A stretch of DNA of 64,000 nt from an uncultured Spirochaetota bacterium (GTDB lineage Bacteria; Spirochaetota; Spirochaetia; SZUA-6; Fen-1364). Within the stretch, counting starts at the first letter, position 1, and the number at the start of each line of letters is the position of its first letter. Location of the stretch: the NCBI GenBank assembly GCA_963820525.1, contig CAWGAA010000001.1, positions 320,001 to 384,000 on the forward strand, read 5' to 3'. Below the pieces are notes generated by a model, which had not been told where the DNA came from, did not search any database, and saw only the letters and a list, made by a program, of their open reading frames with translations. This document shows positions 28,025 to 39,848 of the stretch, in pieces. The position numbers and the translations under genes were made by a program.

Positions 28025-29089
28025 ATGACCAGAAACACCGTCTTTCTGATAATCCTCGTCGGCATGCTCCTTTCGGGTCCCGCCTCTCAAGGAGCCGCCG
28101 CGGAGGACCAACCCATCCTGCGTATCCTCACGCATGATTCCTTTTCAGCTTCCAAGGATGTGATCAGCGATTTCGAAAACTCAAACCACGCAAAGCTTCA
28201 GTTCATCACGGGCGGGGACGCGGGAGAAACACTGAACAAAGCCATCCTCTCCAAGGATAATCCGCTCGCCGACGTGATCTACGGCGTTGACAATACATTC
28301 GCGAGCCGCGCCCTCTCCGCGGACATCCTGGCCCCCTATTCCTCGCCGCTTCTATCCCAGCTGCCGGCCGGCCTGAGGATCGACCCTTCCAATCGTCTCC
28401 TCCCCGTGGATTTCGGCTATGTCTGTCTCATCTACGACAAGGGGTTTTTCGAAAAATCCGGGCTTCCCGTGCCCGCGACGCTCTCCGACCTGGCGAAGCC
28501 GGCCTACAAGAGCCTCCTTGTCGTTGAAAACCCTGCCACGTCCTCTCCAGGACTCGCTTTCCTCTTGGCAACGGTGGCGACTTTCGGCGAGACGGGCGGC
28601 TCTTCGTGGCTCGACTTCTGGCGGGATCTGCGGAAGAACGACGTGCTCGTGGTAAACGGCTGGAGCGATGCGTACAACAACGAGTTCAGCGCCACGGGCA
28701 AGGGGCGCCGCCCCATCATGGTGAGCTATGCCACAGACCCGGCGGCGGACATCTTCTTCGCCTCCGAGCCGAAGCCCGAGCAGCCGAGAGTCGCCGTGAT
28801 AACGCCGCCTCAGGGATCGTTCCGCCAGATCGAGTTCGTCGGGATCCTCAAGGGCGCGAAGGCGCAGGCGCTTGCCCGGGCGTGGATCGACTACATGCTG
28901 TCCGTGAAGTTCCAGCAGGACATCCCCCTGCAGATGTTCGTCTACCCGGCCAATGAAAACGCGAAGCTGCCCGATCTCTTCGTTCGCTTCGCCCCGGTGC
29001 CTTCCCGCCCCGCGGTCCTGGACCCCGCGGCCATCGGAAAGAACCGGGATGACTGGATCAAGCGGTGGACGCAGACCATACTGCGCTGA
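28025..29089 (+). CDS. thiB: Thiamine ABC transporter substrate-binding protein
   Basis: THDSF, GVDN, ENPATSSPG, VSYATDP, QIE; downstream of the TPP riboswitch. Confidence 0.92.
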   Translation: MTRNTVFLIILVGMLLSGPASQGAAAEDQPILRILTHDSFSASKDVISDFENSNHAKLQFITGGDAGETLNKAILSKDNPLADVIYGVDNTFASRALSADILAPYSSPLLSQLPAGLRIDPSNRLLPVDFGYVCLIYDKGFFEKSGLPVPATLSDLAKPAYKSLLVVENPATSSPGLAFLLATVATFGETGGSSWLDFWRDLRKNDVLVVNGWSDAYNNEFSATGKGRRPIMVSYATDPAADIFFASEPKPEQPRVAVITPPQGSFRQIEFVGILKGAKAQALARAWIDYMLSVKFQQDIPLQMFVYPANENAKLPDLFVRFAPVPSRPAVLDPAAIGKNRDDWIKRWTQTILR

Positions 29090-30805
29090 ACAGGCCGAGC
29101 TTTCGCGGCGCCCGCTCGAAGTGGGCGACGGCGGGACTGTACTGCCTGCCCGTGCTCTTCCTCGCGCTGTTCCTGCTCTACCCGCTAGGCAAGAATTCTG
29201 GCCGTGGGGCTCGCGCCGCTTGCCGCCTCCGGCTTGCAGGGGCTCTCCGGCCTTGTCTCCGATACGGGCCTGTGGGGGCTCATTCTTTCGAGCGCAGGCC
29301 AGGCCCTGGCCTCCACCGCGCTCAGTCTCGCGGCCGGGCTTCCCGCTGCATACGTCTTCGCCCGCTACGATTTCCCCGGAAAGAAGGCGCTTCGGACACT
29401 GCTCACGATCCCCTTCGTCCTTCCCACGGTCGTCGTCGGCTCCGCGTTCATCTCCCTTATCGGGCCGCGGGGCCTCCTTGAAAGACTCATCGGGCTTGTC
29501 TCCGGCCGCCCGGCCCCAGAGTTGGGCCTGGTTCGAACGCTTCCCGCCGTGCTCATGGCGCACGTCTTCTACAATGTTTCAATCGTCGTGAGGATCGTCG
29601 GCGGCTTCTGGTCCAATCTGGATCCGCGCACGAGAGAAACGGCCAGGGTCCTGGGCGCGGGAAGGCTGGCCGCGTTCTTCTCGGTAACGGCCCGGCTGCT
29701 CCTGCCCGCAATCGCCGCGGCGGGGATTCTCGTGTTCAGCTTCTGCTTCACCAGCTTCGGCGTCATCCTGATCCTCGGGGGCCCCCGCATGGGAACGCTG
29801 GAGACCGAAATCTACCGGCAGGCCGTCTACCTCTTCAATCTTCCCGGAGCCGCATTCCTGTCGCTCGTCCAACTCGCCTTCACCGCCGTGTGCATGTACG
29901 GCTATTCCCGCTTCCAGAAGGCCATGAGCCTGACGCTGAAGCTTTCACCCGCCGCGAGGACGGGCAGCCGGCCTCGGGGAGCGGGCGAATGGGCCCTGGT
30001 TCTTGCCTTCGGTGTCGGGCTCACCACTGCCCTGATGCTGCCCCTGGGAGTGCTGGCCGCCGAATCATTCGACACATCGCGCGGGTTCGGGTTTTCCTTC
30101 TGGCTGGGATTGTTTCGAAACCTGCAGGGCTCCATCTTCTGGACCCCGCCGCTCGCGGCGGCGGGCCGATCCCTGCTCTTTGCCTTCGCCGCCGTGGCTC
30201 TCTCCCTCCTCATTGGGCTTCCCGCCGCTTATCTGATCGCAGGCCCGACGGCGGCGAGCGGCAAGACCAGGCGAGGCGGCGCCGCGGCGAGCCTGCTGGA
30301 CCTCCTATTCCTCCTTCCGCTGGGCACCTCGGCCGTGACGCTCGGGTTCGGCTTCATTATATCAATGGGACGCCCTCCCCTGGACCTCCGCGGCTCCGCG
30401 GCTCTCATTCCCATCGCTCACGCCATAGTCGCTCTTCCCCTCGTGACCCGCAGCCTCATCACCCCCCTGCGGAGCCTCGATCCGCGACTCAGGGAGGCCG
30501 CCGCGGTTCTGGGCGCCGCCCCCTCGCGGGTGCGATGGGAGGTGGATCTGCCGATTCTCCGTCAGGCGCTCCTGGCGGCCGCCGCCTTCGCATTCTGCGT
30601 ATCCCTGGGGGAGTTCGCGGCGACGGCCCTGCTCACGCGCCCGGAGCTTTCCACGATTCCCGTCGTGATCTACCAATACCTCGGCCGGCCGGGTGAGCTC
30701 AACCAGGGGGAAGCCGTCGCAATGAGCACGCTTCTCATGGCGGTCTGCGGGCTGGGGCTTGCGGCCATCGAGCGGGTGCGCGTGAAGGGCACGGAGGTAT
30801 TCTGA
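29065..30805 (+). pseudogene. thiP: Thiamine ABC permease with a +1 frameshift near 29191-29195 (or sequencing error)
   Basis: N-terminal TM LPVLFLALFLLYPL in one frame, remainder (two EAA-type motifs) in ORF 29204..30805. Removing one A from GGCAAGAATTCTG restores the frame. Start is GTG 29065 or CTG 29086. Confidence 0.8.
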
Positions 30806-31869
30806 TGCCCTACCTCGAGTGGCGGAACCTCTCCAAGTCTTTCAGCGCCCGCCCTGCAGTCGAGAGGCTGAGCCTGTCGATGGCGGAGGGAGAAATCCTG
30901 GCCCTTCTTGGGCCCAGTGGGAGCGGCAAGACGACCCTTCTTCGCATGACCGCGGGACTGGAGACGCCTGAAACGGGACAGGTCTTCCTCAGGGGCCAAG
31001 ATCTGTCGGGGCTTCCTCCCAACAGGCGGGGAATGGGACTCATGTTCCAGGACTACTGCCTTTTCCCGCACCTCAACGTCGAAGCCAACATCGCATTCGG
31101 CCTTCGGATGAAAAGGTGGCCGGCGAGCCGGAGACGCGAGAGGATCCGCGAGATGCTGCGCCTCGTGCGGATGGAAGGCTTCGAGAAGAGGTCTGTGCTG
31201 GATCTTTCCGGCGGGGAGCAGCAGCGGGTAGCGCTTGCGCGCAGCCTTGCCCCCTCCCCGTCGCTTCTCATGCTTGACGAGCCCCTGGGCGCCCTGGACG
31301 CGGCGTTGCGCGGTGAGCTCCTGGGCGAGATTCCCGAGATTTTGAAAAAGGCGGGAGCGACCGTCCTCTACGTAACGCACGACCAGGAAGAGGCGCTCTC
31401 CGTTTCCGACAGGGTGGCCCTCATCAGGGCCGGGACCCTCGCCCAGGTCGGCTCGCCCCAGGAGCTCATCGACAGGCCGGCAAGCGCCTTTGTCGCTTCC
31501 TTCCTCAAGCTCGGAGCCCTCGTGCCCGCGGTGCTGCGAGGGGGAACGCTGGAAACCGATATCGGAAGCTTCCCGTTCATGGGAAAGCCTCCCGCCCGCA
31601 GCGCCCAGAGCCACGTTCTGATCCGTCCCACGGCTCTGCGGGTGCCGCCCAGGCTGGAGCATGGACAAACCATCCGGGTCCGGATAGTCGGACACACGCC
31701 GAGACCAGCTGGGATTTCGCTTCGCATCACGCTCATGGGACGAGAAGCAGGGGGGTACGAGCTTTCCGTTGCATGGAACGAAGGTGATCGGGGGGGTGAC
31801 CTTCCCCCGCGGGGGAGCGAGATCGAAGCGGAGATCGATCTCAGAAGCGCCTCGCTCCTGGCCGACTGA
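30805..31869 (+). CDS. thiQ: Thiamine ABC transporter ATP-binding protein
   Basis: GPSGSGKT, LSGGEQQR, LDEP, VTHD. Confidence 0.88.
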   Translation: MPYLEWRNLSKSFSARPAVERLSLSMAEGEILALLGPSGSGKTTLLRMTAGLETPETGQVFLRGQDLSGLPPNRRGMGLMFQDYCLFPHLNVEANIAFGLRMKRWPASRRRERIREMLRLVRMEGFEKRSVLDLSGGEQQRVALARSLAPSPSLLMLDEPLGALDAALRGELLGEIPEILKKAGATVLYVTHDQEEALSVSDRVALIRAGTLAQVGSPQELIDRPASAFVASFLKLGALVPAVLRGGTLETDIGSFPFMGKPPARSAQSHVLIRPTALRVPPRLEHGQTIRVRIVGHTPRPAGISLRITLMGREAGGYELSVAWNEGDRGGDLPPRGSEIEAEIDLRSASLLAD

Positions 31870-31894
31870 AGCCGGGGCGGACGGCGGCCCGTTC

Positions 31895-32926
31895 TCAGTC
31901 CGCCATGATCCTGTTTCTTCCCGCCTGCTTTGCCTGGTACATGGCTCGGTCGGCCCTGTCGATCCAGTTCTCCTGGCTCTCTCCCGTCCTGTAGGAGGCT
32001 ATGCCGATGGAGACCGTCACGTGAAACTCATCCGAATTGTACGAGAAATGACAGGCCTCCATCTCCTTTCGGAAGCGCTCGCCGATCCTCACGGCCTGCG
32101 TCTCGGTGGAATTGGAGAGAACGACGAAGAACTCCTCCCCGCCGTAGCGGCCCGCGTAGTCGTACTTTCGAAGGCCGTTCTGGAGCCTGGCGCCGATCTC
32201 GCGGATCACGATGTCTCCGCACTGGTGGCCGTAGTTGTCATTGATGTCCTTGAAGTGGTCGATATCGATCATCAGACCCGTCAGGGGGAGCTCGAGGCGG
32301 ATGGCGCGGTCGATCTCGACCGCGATCCTGTGGAAGAGGCTCCGCCTGTTGAGCAGGCCCGAAAGGCTGTCATAGGCCGCGATCAGCTCCAGCTCCTTGT
32401 TCGCTTTCTCCAGCTCCTCGTTGAGCCGTCTGATCTTCTCATAGGCTTCCTTGAGGTTCCTGTTCTGATCCAGGACGAGCGAGGAGAGCCTTTCCTCCTC
32501 TGCCACGGCAATTCTGTAAAACTCCCTTTCCTTTATCAGGTTGGCCTGGCTCTGCCATCGCATGTACGCCGCCATGACCCTGGCCTGGAGCTCGTTCATG
32601 TCGAAGGGTTTTTTTAGAAAATCGTCGGAGCCCACCTCGATGGACCTGTGGATCTCCTCCTCCTGGCGCACGGTGGAGAGCAGGAGGATCTGGAGAGGGG
32701 TCTCGTGGTGCGACTTCCTGATCTGCCGGCAAAGCTCGTAGCCGTCGATGTCGGGCAGGCTCGTGGTGAGGAGGATGATGTGAACCTCCTCCTCTGCGAG
32801 GATGCGCAGGGTATCCCCCCCATTGGATGCCTGAAGGATGCGATACCCCTGGCCCTGCAGGGCCTCGACCATGAGGCGCGCGTCCTCGGCATTGTTCTCC
32901 GCGATCAGTACATTCGCCGTCGCCAT
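31895..32926 (-). CDS. REC-coiled coil-GGDEF diguanylate cyclase
   Basis: DIDHFK.IND.YGH..GD, RKYD I-site, RYGGEEF; atypical receiver. Confidence 0.93.
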   Translation of the reverse strand: MATANVLIAENNAEDARLMVEALQGQGYRILQASNGGDTLRILAEEEVHIILLTTSLPDIDGYELCRQIRKSHHETPLQILLLSTVRQEEEIHRSIEVGSDDFLKKPFDMNELQARVMAAYMRWQSQANLIKEREFYRIAVAEEERLSSLVLDQNRNLKEAYEKIRRLNEELEKANKELELIAAYDSLSGLLNRRSLFHRIAVEIDRAIRLELPLTGLMIDIDHFKDINDNYGHQCGDIVIREIGARLQNGLRKYDYAGRYGGEEFFVVLSNSTETQAVRIGERFRKEMEACHFSYNSDEFHVTVSIGIASYRTGESQENWIDRADRAMYQAKQAGRNRIMAD

Positions 32927-32966
32927 TCCCGTCCCGTTTCAAGGCTAATATAGCGCATACCGGGCT

Positions 32967-34529
32967 TTACGACACGCGCAAAACTCTCAAGAGCAGCTGG
33001 AAAAGCCCGATGACGAAGCCCAGAATCGCGCCGAAAACATCGATCCAGCGCAGGTGGCTGGCGATCACCTCCAGGAGGAGCCTCTCCACATCCTTCACAT
33101 CAAGGGCGTCGATTTTCTGCACGACGAGCTCTTCCACGTCGATGCCCTTGAGGATCTCCGGCAGCTTCGCGTCAACCAGGCCGATCAGCCGATCCGTGAG
33201 AAACGCGTCCAGCTTCCCCTTGGCCTCCGAATCGAGGTGGAGGATCGTGCCGATGGGGGTCTGGGCATTGTCGCTCAGGAACCTTTCCAAAAACCCGGCC
33301 AGTTCATGCGAAAAGAGACCCGATGTCTCCTTTCTCCCCAAGTACTCGAGGAGGCGGTTGGAAAGCCCGTCGACGATCTGTTCTTCCCGAAGCCCCAGGA
33401 ACCGCAATGCGAGGTTCCCCAGGGTCGGGTCACCGGTGCCGAGGAGCTTGTCCATAATCGTGTCGGCCGCCTTTTCTCTCCGCTCCGGGCTTTCGAGCTC
33501 CGAGAGAAAGCCGCTTACGATGGTGGTGAGCGCTTCCGTGAGTCTTTCCATCCCCTGACCGTCGCGACCCGAAGCCAGGCTTCCCCGCCAGTCGCGGAGG
33601 GCCTCGGCGATCATCGAGAGGATGGCGCGCTGGTTGACGGGGTCGCGCGCCGTTGCCTCCAGGGTGGCGATCGTGTCGTCCACGATCTCCGGCATCTTCT
33701 CGTCGAGCCTCCGATCGAACTGGCCGGCGGACAGGAGGAACCGCTGGAGGAGATTGAGCTTTTCCAGAATCCCGGAAAGAAGCCGCCTCCCCTTCGACTC
33801 GAGCTCCGCGTGCATCCGGCTGGAGTGGAGCCATTCAACCAGGCGGTCCACGGCAGGGTCCATGAGAGGCTCGACGATGCCGGCCGCCGCGTCAATGAGG
33901 GGGTCCGAGAGGAGATCCGCGGCCCTCTCGCTTATCGATAGGGCCACGGAGAGCGCGAGAGATTCGCGGGTGCCTTTCTCCGCGAGCAGGGGAAGCAGCC
34001 TCTCGGAGAGAAGCGGCCGAAGCTCCAGACGGTTCGCCAGCTCCCGCGCCTTGAGCGCTCCGAGCGAGGAAACGATGCGGCCCAGGATGTCCCGCACGGC
34101 ATAGATGCCGGCCCGGGAGCTGAAAAAGCGGGTGAGCAGATCCCCCAAGATGGTCTTCAGCGAGGAGGAGAGAGCGGAGGAGGCGTTTGCCGAAAGCCCC
34201 GAGAGGGGGGTCGAAAGCAGGCGCGAACTCAAGGAGGAGACGCTCGCGGCAAGCTGTGCCCTGGTCTTCTGGGATCCTATCTGCCTTCGGAGGGCTTCCT
34301 CCGTGATGAGCTCGCGCGATACCATCCGGCCGATGCTGCGGGAGAGCACGTAGCGCTCCTTCGGGAAGATCCCGGGCGTGAAAGGAACCCGCAGACCGAA
34401 GACCCTGACCTCCTTGAGCGGCCGGAAGAGCATCCGGATGGCGATGTCATTTGTGACGTAGCCGATGATCGCCCCGATGATGGGCGGTGTAACCCAGGGG
34501 AGAAGCTGGCGGAGAAACGGCAGGATCAT
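32967..34529 (-). CDS. DUF445 family membrane protein
   Basis: PPIIGAIIGYVTNDIAIRMLFRP; C-terminal HLRWIDVFGAILGFVIG. Confidence 0.85.
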   Translation of the reverse strand: MILPFLRQLLPWVTPPIIGAIIGYVTNDIAIRMLFRPLKEVRVFGLRVPFTPGIFPKERYVLSRSIGRMVSRELITEEALRRQIGSQKTRAQLAASVSSLSSRLLSTPLSGLSANASSALSSSLKTILGDLLTRFFSSRAGIYAVRDILGRIVSSLGALKARELANRLELRPLLSERLLPLLAEKGTRESLALSVALSISERAADLLSDPLIDAAAGIVEPLMDPAVDRLVEWLHSSRMHAELESKGRRLLSGILEKLNLLQRFLLSAGQFDRRLDEKMPEIVDDTIATLEATARDPVNQRAILSMIAEALRDWRGSLASGRDGQGMERLTEALTTIVSGFLSELESPERREKAADTIMDKLLGTGDPTLGNLALRFLGLREEQIVDGLSNRLLEYLGRKETSGLFSHELAGFLERFLSDNAQTPIGTILHLDSEAKGKLDAFLTDRLIGLVDAKLPEILKGIDVEELVVQKIDALDVKDVERLLLEVIASHLRWIDVFGAILGFVIGLFQLLLRVLRVS

Positions 34530-34978
34530 CGCAGCTTTTCCGCGTACTTCTCCGCCTTGAACCGCGAGTCGAACACCTCGAGGTACGACCCGAAGACCCA
34601 TCCCTTCAGGCCGCTGTAGTTGATCCGATACCAGTATGCGCTCTCGCCCTCCATCGTCTCCTCCTTGTCAGATTTGGCGATGATCTCCACAACCACGCCC
34701 ATGCGGATATGGGACATTACATCGGCGCTATTTGTCGGCTCTTCGCGCACCCGCAGAAGCGGAGACTTGACCACCGCCCAGGTAGATCGTATCGTCAGGA
34801 CCGGGGTCGGGGGAAACCGCACGCGCTCGGGGCTCGATTCGCGCCGGCACGACACCGCAGCCGCTACAACGAGCAGAATTGCCGCCAGGAAGAGAAACCA
34901 GGGACCGCGGCCGCGTGCTGATTTTTCCCTCCTGCCTGCAATATACTTATCACTGGATGACTGCGAAAGCGCTCTCAC
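34526..34978 (-). CDS. SH3b-domain (lipo)protein
   Basis: LRVREEP...WYRINY..LKGWVFGSYL; AAVSC possible lipobox; start uncertain. Confidence 0.8.
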   Translation of the reverse strand: MRALSQSSSDKYIAGRREKSARGRGPWFLFLAAILLVVAAAVSCRRESSPERVRFPPTPVLTIRSTWAVVKSPLLRVREEPTNSADVMSHIRMGVVVEIIAKSDKEETMEGESAYWYRINYSGLKGWVFGSYLEVFDSRFKAEKYAEKLR

Positions 34979-35580
34979 GAGCCTTACTATTCATTATTTT
35001 ACTCATCTGCACAACAGGGAAGCTTGCGGCGTTCACCCTTGGCTCGTTCAGCCTCGGCGCGACGGTTGGCGGAGCTGCGGTAATCTCTGAGGCGGCCGGT
35101 TTCGGCCCGAAATCCCAGCTTGGGGTTTCCGCTTCCCTCACGGCGGCGTTTCCCTTTTTCGAGGATGCCATTGGTCCCGGCGTCTCCATCTTCACTACAA
35201 ACGTCTGGCCATCCGATCTGGGCGGCGGATTCGGCTACCGGGGCTACTCCGACATGGGACTCAGCGCTTTTGTTCTCGGACAATGGGTAATCGCCTCCTT
35301 AAGCGGTGTGGGGGATTTCCGACTCGGTGGAACCGCGGGAATGAGCGGCTCGATCGCCACCTATCAGTATTCGACCCTCGTCTTTTTCGTTCCTAGCGTG
35401 GATGCCACCGTGTTTCTCGCCTGGACGCCCTCGGCGGCCCCGGAATGGGATTTCACCCTCTCCCTGCCCGCCCGGCTCCTGCTCAGGAAAGACCTAAGCT
35501 ATTCCTACTCACTCGGGCTCCTCCTCGGCGCCGCCTGGGTGCCGGGGGGCCATCCCAAAAGACAGGAAGATTCCCAATGA
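34957..35580 (+). CDS. Putative small outer-membrane beta-barrel protein
   Basis: Signal peptide, Gly/aromatic amphipathic strands, terminal YSLGLLLGAAW; ATGA overlap with the next gene. Confidence 0.55.
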   Translation: MTAKALSRALLFIILLICTTGKLAAFTLGSFSLGATVGGAAVISEAAGFGPKSQLGVSASLTAAFPFFEDAIGPGVSIFTTNVWPSDLGGGFGYRGYSDMGLSAFVLGQWVIASLSGVGDFRLGGTAGMSGSIATYQYSTLVFFVPSVDATVFLAWTPSAAPEWDFTLSLPARLLLRKDLSYSYSLGLLLGAAWVPGGHPKRQEDSQ

Positions 35581-36571
35581 CCTCAGGCTTACGATTGACG
35601 ATCCTTGGGGCGGCCGCGACGGCGCTTCTCTCCTGTGCGATGCCGTCACCCTACGTGGGGCACCGCTACGCGCTGGTGTATGGGATAAGCAAGTACATCT
35701 CGAGCTATGCGGACGGTTCGTTTCCGAATCTCACTTTTCCGGCCGCTGATGCCATTTCGCTCGGATCGATGTTCAGCCAGAAGGGATTCGACGAGGTGCG
35801 GGTGCGGACCGTGGATTACAGCGGGAACTATTCGTACACACTGAATGGGAGCCTCCTCGACTCCGCGTCGACCGGCGCGCCGACCAAAGCGAACATCCTG
35901 GCAGATCTTGCGGATTTTTCAGGCATCCTCGGGCCGACGGACACGCTCGTGTTCTATTACTCCGGGCATGGGACTCAGGACTCACAGGCAATCAATGAAT
36001 ATATAATTCCCTTAGGCGCACTTGCGCCCAATGGAATGGGCGGCATTACGATCGATTACTCATCGATGATCAACCAGACTGAGCTTGCGGATGCACTGGC
36101 TGCCATTTCGACCCCACGCAAGGTCATAATCCTCGATTCGTGTTTTTCGGGTGGCTTCATTGACAATGGCCTTGAGGTGGACCTTACACCGCCGGCGTAC
36201 CATGGAACGGCCGATTTCTCACTGTCGCCAGCCACCATTGCCCAGGCCATTGCCAACTACAACAACTTCTCTGCCTCCGGCGGAGATGCGATTTCGCCGT
36301 ACGGGAACGCCGTCGTGCTCGCGGCTGCAGGCGCCAACGAGGAATCTTGGGAGGACTTCACATTTCCAGATGGGACGCAGCTCCAACACGGCGTCATGAC
36401 CTATTTCCTCCTCCAAATCCCCCAGCAGGGAGACCTGAACAAGGATGGGGTCGTCACCGTCATGGAGGCATTCTCGCTGGTGAAGGCCGGAATCGACACG
36501 AAGTGGAACGACGCTGGGGGTCCACTATTCGAGCCCCACGTTTCCGGCGGGCCCGTGGACTTCGTGCTCTT

Positions 36572-36575
<4 letters not shown>
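35577..36575 (+). CDS. Caspase-family (peptidase C14) lipoprotein
   Basis: Lipobox LLSC; YALVYGI..Y, YSGHG (His), ILDSCFSG (Cys), HGVMTY, DLNKDG. Confidence 0.88.
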
Positions 36576-38563
<1,988 letters not shown>

Positions 38564-38569
38564 GGCGGC

Positions 38570-39757
38570 CTACTGTCTGCCCGGCCGCTCGATCAGCTTG
38601 ACTGATACGCTCTTCTCCTTGCCGGCCCTCAAAACCTTCACGTTCACGACCTCGCCGGGCTTCGTGTTTTCCAGGGCACCCAGGAAATCCGAGTAGCTGC
38701 CCACCTTCTGGCCGTTCACCTCGATAATGATGTCCCCGCCGCCGTAGATGATCGATCTGCCGTAGCGCACAGCCTTGCTCTGGTCTCCCCCGTGAATCCC
38801 GGCGGCCTGGGCATTGCTTCTGGCAACGGAGACAAGGACCCCTTTCTGCACGGGAAGCCGGAAAGCCCTCACCAGGGCGGGGAAGATGGGCACGTAATCC
38901 ATGTCGATCCAACCGCGCCGCACGGCCCCATACGAGATAAGCTCATCGACGACCCTCTTGGCCGTATTGATGGGAACGGCGAACCCGACCCCGGCCGATG
39001 CGCCGGAGGGAGAATAGATTGCCGTGTTGATGCCGATCAGCTCTCCGCTTGAGTTGAGGAGCGGGCCGCCGGAGTTGCCCGGGTTGATCGCGGCATCGGT
39101 CTGGATCGTCTCCCTGATCACGTAGCCGTCCTCGGTCTGGAGGGGCCGTGCCAGGCCGGAGACGATGCCCGTGGTGAGAGTCCTGTCGAACCCGAAGGGG
39201 TTTCCGATTGCCAGCACCTTCTGCCCAATTTTCAAGCCCGTCGAGGAGCCGAACTGTATCGTGGTGAGGGCCTTTCCTTTGGGATCGAAGCGCAGCACGG
39301 CCAGATCGTTTTCCGGGTCTTCTCCGACGACTTTTCCCTCCACCTCGGTGCCGTCGGCAAGCGTGATGCTGAGCTGCTCCGCGTCCTTGATGACGTGTCG
39401 ATTGGTGAGCACATGGCCGATTAAATCGATGATGACCCCGGACCCGGTGCCCTGCTGGGGCATGGGCTCCAGGAACCAGTTGTATTCCACGGTCACGCTC
39501 GTGATGTACACGACAGCCTTGTTGACCTTCTGGTAGATGTCGATGTTGTTGAGCTCGTCGTCCGTGAGACTGCCGGGCTTCACGGAGGCTGAATATTGGG
39601 CGGGCTCAACGGGGATGGCGGGCATTCCGGCGCCCTGGCTCTGACCTGAATCGCGCTCGGGAATGGCCACTCTGGCGACAATCGCACCCGCCGCGAGCGC
39701 AAGAGCCCCCAGGATCGAGCACATGATGATGACCTGTCGACTGCTGTAAAGCTTCAT
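38570..39757 (-). CDS. htrA: HtrA/DegP-like serine protease with PDZ domain
   Basis: TNRHV, DLAV, TDAAINPGNSGGPL; N-terminal TM; start moved to ATG 39757. Confidence 0.92.
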   Translation of the reverse strand: MKLYSSRQVIIMCSILGALALAAGAIVARVAIPERDSGQSQGAGMPAIPVEPAQYSASVKPGSLTDDELNNIDIYQKVNKAVVYITSVTVEYNWFLEPMPQQGTGSGVIIDLIGHVLTNRHVIKDAEQLSITLADGTEVEGKVVGEDPENDLAVLRFDPKGKALTTIQFGSSTGLKIGQKVLAIGNPFGFDRTLTTGIVSGLARPLQTEDGYVIRETIQTDAAINPGNSGGPLLNSSGELIGINTAIYSPSGASAGVGFAVPINTAKRVVDELISYGAVRRGWIDMDYVPIFPALVRAFRLPVQKGVLVSVARSNAQAAGIHGGDQSKAVRYGRSIIYGGGDIIIEVNGQKVGSYSDFLGALENTKPGEVVNVKVLRAGKEKSVSVKLIERPGRQ

Positions 39758-39848
39758 TGCTGACCCCTCCCGGCAATAATAGCAGGAACTTCGCAGGAGG
39801 GGCAACCGACGTCGAAAGCCCGCGGCCGCCGTCACCATCCGCCGGCCG

